From NCBI GenBank assembly GCA_016932965.1, contig JAFGBW010000257.1, positions 1-41,814 of the forward strand: DNA of 41,814 nucleotides, read 5' to 3'. Below are positions 19,202-27,810 of this stretch, piece by piece. How positions within the stretch are numbered: the stretch's first letter is position 1; each line of letters opens with the position of its first letter. The translations under genes and the position numbers were made by a program. Under the pieces are notes generated by a model that was given only the letters and a program-made list of their open reading frames with translations, was not told where the DNA came from and ran no database searches. The DNA comes from Candidatus Auribacterota bacterium. GTDB taxonomy: Bacteria; Auribacterota; JAFGBW01.

Positions 19202-20067
19202 GTTTTTTTGGAAGTAAATTCAATCCATTTCAAACGTCAAAAAGAAAAATACCGGATGGTCTTTTTTCAAAATGCCCGAAATGCAGCCAAACCATTTACA
19301 ACAAGGAAATAGATGCGAATCTGAAAATCTGTCCAAAATGTGAATATCATTTTACTCTGGGGGCATGGGAAAGAATCAATCTGATGATTGACAAGGGGAC
19401 TTTCGTAGAAATGGATAAATCCCTTATATCAGCTGATCCTCTCAATTTCCAGGGCCCAAAAACCTACCCGCAAAAACTGTCAGAGGATCAGGAAGCCACA
19501 GGACTAAACGAGGCTGTTATTTGCGGGCTTGGCAATATAATGAGTATTCCTGTTTCATTCGGGGTGACGGATTCGAGATTCATCATGGGAAGCATGGGAT
19601 CCGTCGTGGGCGAAAAGCTGACCCGCTGCATTGAAAGAGGTATTGAAAAAAAAATCCCTGTTGTGATTGTTTCAGGGTCAGGCGGAGGCGCCCGGATGTA
19701 TGAGGGCTGTTTTTCTCTCATGCAAATGGCCAAGACTTCCGGCGCCCTGTCGAGGCTCTCAGAAGCCGGGATGCCTTTTATTTCTATTTTAACCAATCCC
19801 ACCATGGGAGGAGTGCTGGCTTCCTTTGCATCCCTGGGCGATATCATCATCGCAGAACCCGATGCATTGATTGGTTTTGCCGGGCCCAGAGTGATTGCCC
19901 AGACTGTCCGGCAGGAATTGCCGGAAGGATTTCAAAAATCAGAATATCTTTTAAAGCACGGAAACATCGACCGGGTCACCAATCGCAGGAATCTGACCCA
20001 GGAAGTGTTCCAAATTCTTCAAGTGCTTTACCAGGAAAACAGGAAGGAAGTGGGAATTGAAAATTAA
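19198..20067 (+). CDS. accD: Acetyl-CoA carboxylase carboxyltransferase beta subunit
   Basis: Zn ribbon CPKC..CPKC, FIMGSMG, SGGGARMYEG, IGFAGPRVI, FQKSEYLL. Confidence 0.96.
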   Translation: MSFFGSKFNPFQTSKRKIPDGLFSKCPKCSQTIYNKEIDANLKICPKCEYHFTLGAWERINLMIDKGTFVEMDKSLISADPLNFQGPKTYPQKLSEDQEATGLNEAVICGLGNIMSIPVSFGVTDSRFIMGSMGSVVGEKLTRCIERGIEKKIPVVIVSGSGGGARMYEGCFSLMQMAKTSGALSRLSEAGMPFISILTNPTMGGVLASFASLGDIIIAEPDALIGFAGPRVIAQTVRQELPEGFQKSEYLLKHGNIDRVTNRRNLTQEVFQILQVLYQENRKEVGIEN

Positions 20068-20191
20068 GAACACCCTGTTTTTTCCCATTAAATGACTTCG
20101 CTTTCCTTCTCTATATACGGGTTAACCCCGTGATTCATTATTGTATATAATCAATCCATTACACTAAAACCAATATAAGGAGTGTAAGTAT

Positions 20192-20767
20192 ATGAAAAGC
20201 ATCAGGGGCACCAAGACTGAAAAAAATCTTTTAGCCAGCTTTGCCGGGGAATCCCAGGCGAGAAACCGATATGCCTATTTTGCAAGCATAGCGCGCAAGG
20301 AAGGATATATTCAAATAGCGAACCTCTTCGAGGAGACCGCTGAAAATGAAAAAGAACATGCCAAACGCATGTTTAAATTTTTAGAAGGAGGCATGCTTGA
20401 AATCACCGCTTCCTATCCTGCCGGAAAAATAGGCTCCACGCCTGAAAACCTTGAAGCGGCTGCCGACGGAGAAAAGGAGGAGCATTCCATACTCTATCCT
20501 GATTTTGCCAAAGACGCCCAAGAGGAAGGATTCCCTGAAGTATCCGCCATGTACAGGGCTGTTTCTGTCGCAGAAATCCAGCATGAAAAACGTTACCGGG
20601 ACCTCCTGGAAAACATTAGAAAAGGAAAAGTCTTTACTAAAGATGCTCCCGTCAGGTGGCGCTGCAACAACTGCGGTTACATTCATGAAGGAAAAGATGC
20701 ACCGAAAATTTGTCCGGCATGCAGCCATGAACAAAAATATTTCGAATTACTCGCCGAAAACTGGTAA
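20192..20767 (+). CDS. rbr: Rubrerythrin
   Basis: FAGESQARNRY, EKEHAK, EIQHEKRY, C-terminal WRCNNCGY..CPAC; AAGGAG RBS. Confidence 0.96.
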   Translation: MKSIRGTKTEKNLLASFAGESQARNRYAYFASIARKEGYIQIANLFEETAENEKEHAKRMFKFLEGGMLEITASYPAGKIGSTPENLEAAADGEKEEHSILYPDFAKDAQEEGFPEVSAMYRAVSVAEIQHEKRYRDLLENIRKGKVFTKDAPVRWRCNNCGYIHEGKDAPKICPACSHEQKYFELLAENW

Positions 20768-20783
20768 AAAACCAGAACCAACC

Positions 20784-20885
20784 GTGATCAGGAATAAAAA
20801 GCACCCGTGTCCTGATTGCCGGTTATGCCAGTGGTGCACGGATGAGCGGTGCTCCCTTTGCAAAGGATGGGTTAAAAAATGTTGA
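20784..20885 (+). CDS. Small Cys-rich protein (33 aa), putative metal or Fe-S binder
   Basis: GTG-started ORF (M)IRNKKHPCPDCRLCQWCTDERCSLCKGWVKKC* with CxxCxxCxxC-x4-CxxC spacing; no clear RBS. Confidence 0.5.
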   Translation: MIRNKKHPCPDCRLCQWCTDERCSLCKGWVKKC

Positions 20886-20956
20886 GTCATGACTTTTAGT
20901 CACGAGGCAGCATCTTTGCAGAAAAAAATCATGAATCCATTTCCAGAGTCAATCAC

Positions 20957-21481
20957 ATGGGTAAAATCATCTGCATATTAGGCGGGGCCAGAAGCGGGAA
21001 AAGCCATTTCGCCGGAAAACTGGCTGAAAATGACAGGAAAGGGCCGGTAGCCTTTATTGCAACCGCTGAAGCCAAAGACCTGGAAATGAAAAACCGGATC
21101 GCCTTGCATCAAAAAAACAGGCCTCGGAACTGGAACACTTTTGAGGAACCTTTGCTTACGTCAAAAACGCTCGCAAAAATATCCCAAAAGTTTTTCAAAT
21201 TCATCATCCTGGATTGTCTGACTCTGCTGATCTCCAATTTTCTTTTGCAGCATAAAAGTCCTGCATCAATAGAAAAAGAACTGCATGGAATCTTATTATG
21301 TTTGAAAAAATTTAAAGGAACGTCCATTCTTGTTTCCAATGAAGTGGGATTAGGTATTGTTCCTGCAAACAAGCTCTCACGGGACTTCAGGGACATTGCA
21401 GGCAGGATCAATCAAATGACCGCAGAAAAGGCGGATGAAGTCTTTTTTATGATTTCAGGTATCCCCTGGAGGATCAAATAA
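20957..21481 (+). CDS. cobU: Adenosylcobinamide kinase / cobinamide-phosphate guanylyltransferase
   Basis: LGGARSGKS, RIALHQKNR, LDCLTLL, VSNEVGLGIVP, FRDIAGRINQ. Confidence 0.96.
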   Translation: MGKIICILGGARSGKSHFAGKLAENDRKGPVAFIATAEAKDLEMKNRIALHQKNRPRNWNTFEEPLLTSKTLAKISQKFFKFIILDCLTLLISNFLLQHKSPASIEKELHGILLCLKKFKGTSILVSNEVGLGIVPANKLSRDFRDIAGRINQMTAEKADEVFFMISGIPWRIK

Positions 21482-21655
21482 GTCAGTTGCCACAACCGGA
21501 GACGGAAGCATGATTATAGAAATTTCTCAAAGGAATTTGTTATTGTTACAAAATAATAGAATCGAAAAAGGAGAATGTAAATCCCTACTGTCCGGTTTAT
21601 TTTGTTATTTATGCTTATGTTCTTCTCTATCGTATTAAATTTAATAAACATTTTT

Positions 21656-21777
21656 AGAATTGAGAATCGAAAAACAAAAATTCAGCAGAGCTGCAAGGCA
21701 GCCAAAAAATCGCATCATCCAATTCAAAAAGCCGAAAGTGTCTCTTCTGAATTCTCGATTCTCAATTCTTTTTTTTT
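21656..21777. repeat. Heptamer-armed inverted repeat between cobU and cobT
   Basis: AGAATTGAGAATCGA (21656-21670) is the perfect reverse complement of 21755-21769; inner GCTGC-AAG-GCAGC hairpin (21690-21702); followed by a T run. Confidence 0.75.
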
Positions 21778-21832
21778 ATTATAATAATGAGTCCATGCCT
21801 TCTTGAATCAAGTCAATAAAGAGAACCTAAAT

Positions 21833-22897
21833 ATGCCCATCCGTCACATGAATAAGACCATTCAACGGATCAGTCCTGTCAAAGCTGTCTGGTTAAACAA
21901 AGCGCAAGAAAGGCTGGATAAACTCACAAAACCTTTGGGAAGTCTAGGACAGCTTGAAGAATTAGCCAAACAACTGGTCGCTATTACAGAAAAGGAAAAG
22001 CCGGTTCTGCATCATAAAATTATCTTCACATTCATCGCGGACCATGGGGTCGCGGAAGAGGGGATCAGCGCTTATCCGCAAATAGTCACGGCTCAGATGG
22101 CAGCCAATTTTTTAAACAAGGGTGCTGCCGTCAATGTACTGGCGGACCATGCAGGCGCCCGTCTTGTCGCTGCGGATTTGGGTGTGGCAGTTGATTTGCC
22201 CCCACACCCCAAACTCATCAGTAAAAAAATTGCCTATGGCACGAAAAACATGATGCGTGAGACTGCCATGACGAGAACCGAAGCAATTGAATCCATAGAA
22301 ACGGGTATCGAAATTTTTCAGCAAGAGTTTAAAAAAGGTATCGACATAGCCGGAATAGGGGAAATGGGCATTGGCAATACCACTGCTTCTAGCGCGATTA
22401 CGGCTGTCATCACGAAACAGGCTGTAGAGGCCATCACAGGACGAGGGACCGGAATCAATGACAAAATACTCGAACGCAAAATCCGGATCATCAAAGAATC
22501 TTTAACGAGACATCTGATTGATCCAACTGACCCGGTTGATATTCTGTCAAAGGTGGGAGGATTTGAAATCGGGGGGATGACAGGGGTCATGCTGGCTGCT
22601 GCTTCAAAAAAGATACCGATCATGCTGGATGGTTTCATCTCCGGAGCTTCGGCATTACTGGCTGTTCTCTTTGAACCCAATGTAAGGGACTATCTGATTG
22701 CCAGCCACCGTTCTCAGGAAAAAGGGCATGCAGTGATTCTCGATCACCTGGGGCTCCGGCCGCTTTTAGATTTGAATCTAAGATTAGGGGAAGGCACCGG
22801 CTCAGCGCTTGCCATGAATCTCGCTGATGCTTCCGTCAAAATCCTGACACACATGGCGACATTTGAAAGCGCTGGCGTTTCGGAAAAAACAACATGA
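21833..22897 (+). CDS. cobT: Nicotinate-nucleotide-dimethylbenzimidazole phosphoribosyltransferase
   Basis: LTKPLGSLGQLE, ADHGV, GEMGIGNTT, GGFEIG, LDGFI, LRLGEGTG; exact start uncertain (21833 or 21848). Confidence 0.96.
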   Translation: MPIRHMNKTIQRISPVKAVWLNKAQERLDKLTKPLGSLGQLEELAKQLVAITEKEKPVLHHKIIFTFIADHGVAEEGISAYPQIVTAQMAANFLNKGAAVNVLADHAGARLVAADLGVAVDLPPHPKLISKKIAYGTKNMMRETAMTRTEAIESIETGIEIFQQEFKKGIDIAGIGEMGIGNTTASSAITAVITKQAVEAITGRGTGINDKILERKIRIIKESLTRHLIDPTDPVDILSKVGGFEIGGMTGVMLAAASKKIPIMLDGFISGASALLAVLFEPNVRDYLIASHRSQEKGHAVILDHLGLRPLLDLNLRLGEGTGSALAMNLADASVKILTHMATFESAGVSEKTT

Positions 22898-23616
22898 TCC
22901 GTTTTTTCTTAGCATTACAGTTTTTAACAATCATTCCTCTTCGATTTAATAAAATCGAAAACGTCAAGCTGGCTGAATCCATCTATTATTTTCCTCTGAT
23001 AGGAGCCCTTCTGGGTTGTGTGCTGGCCGCATTGAATATTTTTCTTGAATCCTATCCTGTTGTTTCAGGAATAGTTGTGGTGATTTCTCTTATTATCCTG
23101 ACACGCGGACTTCATCTGGACGGATTGGCTGATACTGCTGATGCCTTATTGAGCGGCAAAACGGAAAAAGAAAAGCTTCAGATCATGCGAGACCCTCATA
23201 TCGGGGCAATGGGAACATTGAGTCTGATTTCCGTGGTACTCATGAAAATCGCTCTCCTACTTGCTTTATCTTTCTCAATGAGAACCAGGGCATTGATTCT
23301 CATGACCATGCTCAGCCGGTGGAATCTGGTTTTTCATCTAGTTTCCTTCCCTTATGCACGCCAAGAAGGTAAAGCCGCCATTTTCTTTAAAGCCATTTCC
23401 AAAAAATCATTTATTATCATAACCATTTTAACCGCAATAAGTTGTATTATTATTTATGATCTTAAAAGTTTACTTATTTTTGGGATAATCGCTTCTTTCG
23501 CATATTATATGGGAACCTATTTCCGGCGCGTTCTCGGGGGTATTACCGGGGATACTCTTGGCGCCCTTGTTGAATTGACAGAAATAGTTGCCTTATTGAT
23601 GCTGATATTAGTATAA
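22894..23616 (+). CDS. cobS: Adenosylcobinamide-GDP ribazoletransferase (cobalamin synthase)
   Basis: ALQFLTIIP, GLHLDGLADTAD, IMRDPHIGAMG, GGITGDTLGA; ATGA overlap with cobT. Confidence 0.96.
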   Translation: MIRFFLALQFLTIIPLRFNKIENVKLAESIYYFPLIGALLGCVLAALNIFLESYPVVSGIVVVISLIILTRGLHLDGLADTADALLSGKTEKEKLQIMRDPHIGAMGTLSLISVVLMKIALLLALSFSMRTRALILMTMLSRWNLVFHLVSFPYARQEGKAAIFFKAISKKSFIIITILTAISCIIIYDLKSLLIFGIIASFAYYMGTYFRRVLGGITGDTLGALVELTEIVALLMLILV

Positions 23617-23624
23617 ATAATTGC

Positions 23625-23652
23625 TTTAGTTAGCGGCTATAAATGCCGATAA
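23625..23652 (+). promoter_or_regulatory. Sigma-28 (FliA/SigD)-type promoter for flgM
   Basis: Perfect -10 GCCGATAA at 23645-23652; weak -35 TTTAGTTA at 23625-23632; 26 nt upstream of the flgM start. Confidence 0.7.
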
Positions 23653-23678
23653 TAAGAGTGGGGTAATGGGAGGGTATA

Positions 23679-23978
23679 ATGACCATCAACGGTATCGCAA
23701 ATGTTTCAGGTTTATCCGGACCGGAAAAGATCAAAAAAAGCGGTCTGAAAAAAATTGAATCTTTTTCAAAAGAAAAAGATCAAGCAGACAAAGTGACCAT
23801 TTCTGAAAAGGCCAGGCTGGCCCATGGAGAAGCGGTTTACATCAACACCCTGAAAACGATACCGGATGTGAGACCTGAAGCTGTCAAAAAAGCCAAAGAT
23901 GACATGGAAAACGGGAAACTCTATACTCCTGAAATCATTGAAAAGACAGCTGAAGCCATACTAGAACGCCTTTTTTAA
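23679..23978 (+). CDS. flgM: Anti-sigma-28 factor FlgM-family protein
   Basis: 99 aa with DKVTISEKAR and IPDVRPEAVKKAK..ENGKLY..EKTAEAIL, the FlgM pattern; GGGAGG RBS; sigma-28 -10 upstream. Confidence 0.8.
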   Translation: MTINGIANVSGLSGPEKIKKSGLKKIESFSKEKDQADKVTISEKARLAHGEAVYINTLKTIPDVRPEAVKKAKDDMENGKLYTPEIIEKTAEAILERLF

Positions 23979-24121
23979 CACGCTTTTCCCGCCAGATTCC
24001 ACACATACCTTCAACAAGCCGATGAATCCGAGGATAGATGAAGGCTTTCAAAACAGGTTCATGCTTACTGAATATGTCTTATGTCAAAGTCGTTATACAG
24101 GGCCGAAGCAGAAAATATCAT

Positions 24122-24153
24122 CGGTTTTTTTGCGCATCGCAGCAAAAAAACCG
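24122..24153. terminator. 12-bp stem-loop between convergent genes (possible terminator)
   Basis: CGGTTTTTTTGC-GCATCGCA-GCAAAAAAACCG; no canonical U tail after the stem. Confidence 0.4.
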
Positions 24154-24243
24154 GACAGAATGAGGTTTAAGCTCTGATGAGGATTGACAGCCATTTCAAA
24201 GAAACTGCCATCATAGTCTTAAACAGGCTCATACGATGATGCT

Positions 24244-26613
24244 TCATGCCAAAGATGTTTCCGGGACCTGTTCGAGAGTGAGATTATTTTTATTCATGAT
24301 GCCCAGCACTTCTTCTCTCATTCTGGCAGAATCTTTAGAATAAAGGGGGTTAAGCTCAAGAGATTTTTCAAAATTGTAGAAGGCTTTCGAAAAGTCCATT
24401 TGGGCCTGTTTTATCTTCCCTTCCCTCAGCAGCAATTTTCCCCGTTCCAGATAGCATTGTCCTTTACTCGAATAAAAATAACTGTGACGTACCGTAAAAA
24501 GATCATCCAGTAAAAAAGAGGCCTGTTCATAATAAAAAATGGCATTATCAAAGGCTTCCTTGGCAGAGGCAGTTCCTTGAGGTTTCTCTTTATACACAAG
24601 AGCCTTATCTAAATTCAGAATTCCCAACCCTTCCATGATATAAAAGTAATTTTTATTCCGGAAACCCTTTTCAAACATCTCCAACCCTTCTTCACAGTAT
24701 TGAAGCGCCTTTTCCTTCTCATCGGAGCTCAAATAATATTGCACCAAACCTTTTAAAATCGAATTCAGGAATTTACCGGCCACAATGTATTCTGGATAAT
24801 TTTCATAAATCTGTTTGATCAATTTCAGTCCCTTCTGAGCCACTGCTTCAATATGCTTTGTTTCTTTTTGTTTGATTTGATGTTCCAAAATCAGAGAATA
24901 ACTCATGGCCTTGAAAATGAGCCGCAGGACATCCCATTTTTTAGAGGAAGGGGATTCAAAATCATAAATCTTTGCCATCTCCTCAGGTTTGCTTCGATAG
25001 TAAATCAAAAAATCCCTATAGGAATCTTTTATTTTTGTCAAAAAAGGGACATCCTCTTTATTCTCTTTATCATTAATGAGCATGGTCAATGTATTCATCT
25101 GATGCGGGTGGGCACAAACAAGCGTTTGGATAATTCTTTTTTTCTCGGCTTGTTTATTCATCTGCGTATAGATCCCGAGGGAAATGGACAGGGCAATATG
25201 GGAAAGCGGATGTTTTTCCAGGTATTGTTCACAGAGATGCATGGCTTGATCCTTCTGATTGACGAAAAGATAAGCCCAGGTAAGCTGTTGAAAATTATCT
25301 TCAATAGGCTCTTTTTCATATTTCTTTTCATATAATTCAACCTTTTGCTGGGGAGTCATCGCCCCGTTGGTTTTGATATTGACCCATTCATTCACCACGA
25401 AAAAATGATTGAATGCCCACTCTTTTCCCCCAAAGGTCGCTTTTGAAAGGGAGTATTGGGCATCATAAAGAACTAAAATGCCATCCTCGTTGAGAATGCC
25501 CAGCCAATAATCCTTTCTTTTCTGGACTGCTCCATCTTCAAGATAAATAAGAACGTTCAATATGGATATCAAGTCATACGGCGGAGCATAATCTTTTTCA
25601 AGATCCGATGGGAGATTTTCCAGGATATCCTGATGGATGAACCGGATACGGGACTTGAAAAAATCGGGGTCAATAGGCTCCCAAACCTTTAAGGATTCAT
25701 TGATATGAAAATATTTCTTCAATTTTTCTTTTGCCTTTAAAGTGAGACGGTTGAAAGAATCAAAAGAATACTTCATGTTTTCAGCATATTTAAGACTGGA
25801 ATCATTGATATCAGAAGCGAGGATCCGGAAATCCTTTATTCCTGATTCTACCAAATCCACGGCGTAACTCATCACTTCTTCTCCGGTGGAACAAGCATAC
25901 ACTTTTATCTTCAACGGACGCTCTTGTCTCTCCGCCAGCCCCTGCAAGGGAGCAAGGTGATCCCTGAAGGCTTTGATGTTCCCCCAGTCACGGAAAAAAT
26001 ACGTCGTGCTCAGCATGTAAAACTTGTTGACCAGCATGTTGATCCATTCCGGTTTCTTTTTGATTTCATTCAGGGACCTGAATCCGTTTGATTTCAGGTA
26101 TTGAAACAGAGCCGAATCGATCCTCTGCATGTTGGGATTTTCTCCCACGACTCTATGCAATGTTGTGTGCGCCGTATCTTTGATGATTTTTTCCACTTCC
26201 TTGTAGATACCCTCTTTCTGGTACTCAACGGTTAAAGTGGAATAAATAAGAAAAGAAGTATAAATCTGAGGGGATATCCGGTTGAGCTCTTCTTTATGGG
26301 CCTTGAAATATTTCCGGATAAATTCAATATCATCTTCTTCAGTAATGAAATAATAAAAATCAAAAATCTGCCCGGAAACCTCGGTAAAATGCACCACCTG
26401 CTTGTCATCGATGCTCAGAATATGATCATCAAAAAAAGTGGGATCATAATAGGTGTTTTCGGAAATCAGATAAGACAGATAGTAATTGACGTCAGTCGGC
26501 TTGACGCTCAGCTTAGTTTCATCACCATGGAAAACCGGCTTGGCAGCAAGACTGACCGAGAACAACCCGGTAGAAACAAGAAAAAAAATGATTTTTATTA
26601 GTTTAAATCCCAT
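24244..26613 (-). CDS. Signal-peptide-bearing CheR-type SAM methyltransferase fused to TPR-like repeats
   Basis: MGFKLIKIIFFLVSTGLFSVSLA N-terminus (GAGG RBS before ATG 26613); STTYFFRD, ACSTGEE, ILASDIN, HQDIL, YDLISILNVLIY; helical TPR-like C-terminal half. Confidence 0.8.
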   Translation of the reverse strand: MGFKLIKIIFFLVSTGLFSVSLAAKPVFHGDETKLSVKPTDVNYYLSYLISENTYYDPTFFDDHILSIDDKQVVHFTEVSGQIFDFYYFITEEDDIEFIRKYFKAHKEELNRISPQIYTSFLIYSTLTVEYQKEGIYKEVEKIIKDTAHTTLHRVVGENPNMQRIDSALFQYLKSNGFRSLNEIKKKPEWINMLVNKFYMLSTTYFFRDWGNIKAFRDHLAPLQGLAERQERPLKIKVYACSTGEEVMSYAVDLVESGIKDFRILASDINDSSLKYAENMKYSFDSFNRLTLKAKEKLKKYFHINESLKVWEPIDPDFFKSRIRFIHQDILENLPSDLEKDYAPPYDLISILNVLIYLEDGAVQKRKDYWLGILNEDGILVLYDAQYSLSKATFGGKEWAFNHFFVVNEWVNIKTNGAMTPQQKVELYEKKYEKEPIEDNFQQLTWAYLFVNQKDQAMHLCEQYLEKHPLSHIALSISLGIYTQMNKQAEKKRIIQTLVCAHPHQMNTLTMLINDKENKEDVPFLTKIKDSYRDFLIYYRSKPEEMAKIYDFESPSSKKWDVLRLIFKAMSYSLILEHQIKQKETKHIEAVAQKGLKLIKQIYENYPEYIVAGKFLNSILKGLVQYYLSSDEKEKALQYCEEGLEMFEKGFRNKNYFYIMEGLGILNLDKALVYKEKPQGTASAKEAFDNAIFYYEQASFLLDDLFTVRHSYFYSSKGQCYLERGKLLLREGKIKQAQMDFSKAFYNFEKSLELNPLYSKDSARMREEVLGIMNKNNLTLEQVPETSLA

Positions 26614-26630
26614 GAGGGTCCCTCGCCATT

Positions 26631-27602
26631 TTACCATGCCATATCTTTCAGCAGATGATTCTGAACATAATCCTCTACGCTTTTTTCACTGGAAGTGAAA
26701 GAAACCGGACAGATCTTTTTCAGTTTCTCCATCGCAGCGCATGTGTAATACTGATATTTTTTCTTTAACATAGCCGGCATCTCAATATAAATGATATTGG
26801 GAGGAACACCCATGGCTTTAAAAACACATTGAGTCATCCTGTTCCAAGTTTCAGGTGTTCCTCTTCCTAAGTTGTAAAGTCCTTTATACTGTGGATGATC
26901 CAGAAACCATAATATTATATTTACCACATCTTTCACATAAATAAAATCTCTTTGTTGTTCTCCATCCCTGAAATCAGGATGGTCGGAACGAAACAATCTC
27001 ATGGATCCGGTTTTTTGAATCTGATGGAACGCATTGTATACAATGGAGGTCATTCCGGTTTTATGCCCCTCATTGGGGCCAAAGACATTAAAAAACTTAA
27101 AACCCGTGATTTGTTTCAGCCATCCATGCCTGTGCGCCCATAAATCAAAAAGATATTTGGAAAAACCATAGGCATTCTGAGGGCTGAGTGCATCCAATTT
27201 ATTTTCATCATCCTCAAATCCGTCTTTACCGTTCCCATAGGTTGCGGCTGAACTTGCATAATAAAAAGGAATCTGATGCCGGATGCAAAAAAGGGCCAGT
27301 TCCCTGGTATACAATGTGTTGTTTTCAATCAGATAGGAAAGATTGTTTTCCGTGGTGGTTGAACAGGCCCCCATGTGAAAAACCGCCTGAATGTCCCCCA
27401 AAGACTGGAACTGCCCGCTTCCGATTTTCTCCAGAAAAACAGTTTTATCCGTATAATCTAAAAATGATTTGCCAACCAGGTTTTTCCATTTGTCGGATTC
27501 ATCCAAAGAATCGACTACCAGAATATCTTTTATCCCCCTGGCATTTAGGCCGGCAATCAAACAAGACCCTATGAATCCAGCGCCTCCAGTGATGACAATC
27601 AT
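26631..27602 (-). CDS. hldD: ADP-L-glycero-D-manno-heptose 6-epimerase
   Basis: MIVITGGAGFIGS, HMGACSTT, YASSAATYG, YGFSK, FNVFGPNEGHK, RDFIYVKD, YQYYTCA. Confidence 0.95.
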   Translation of the reverse strand: MIVITGGAGFIGSCLIAGLNARGIKDILVVDSLDESDKWKNLVGKSFLDYTDKTVFLEKIGSGQFQSLGDIQAVFHMGACSTTTENNLSYLIENNTLYTRELALFCIRHQIPFYYASSAATYGNGKDGFEDDENKLDALSPQNAYGFSKYLFDLWAHRHGWLKQITGFKFFNVFGPNEGHKTGMTSIVYNAFHQIQKTGSMRLFRSDHPDFRDGEQQRDFIYVKDVVNIILWFLDHPQYKGLYNLGRGTPETWNRMTQCVFKAMGVPPNIIYIEMPAMLKKKYQYYTCAAMEKLKKICPVSFTSSEKSVEDYVQNHLLKDMAW

Positions 27603-27810
27603 GAAACACAACCTTTACTGGGGATTTACCGTATCTGCTTAACTATATACTAGACTTGATGTTAAGAATCCAGAATAAAATAATCAACCCTGATTGGAAT
27701 AGAAAATAATCTTAACAAACTGCAAAATTGGAGGATGAATCAAGATACCTTCCATTGAAAATAAAGGGGTTTCCGACTCTCCGGGCCAACCATCCTCTCT
27801 CGAACTATCC

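Noticed and set aside
20451-20783. 5' part of the 144-aa ORF 20451-20885
   Set aside because: Shadow frame of rubrerythrin; only the Cys-rich tail after the rbr stop looks coding.
21602-21784. 60-aa ORF between cobU and cobT
   Set aside because: TTG start, low complexity, and it is a translation of the heptamer inverted repeat.
20886-21832. Cobalamin riboswitch upstream of cobU or cobT
   Set aside because: No B12-box or GGGAA..GCCACTG-like core found.
24018-24180. Second GCCGATGA sigma-28-like site and an ORF of about 50 codons after flgM
   Set aside because: No -35 element, no RBS and no FlgN-like features.
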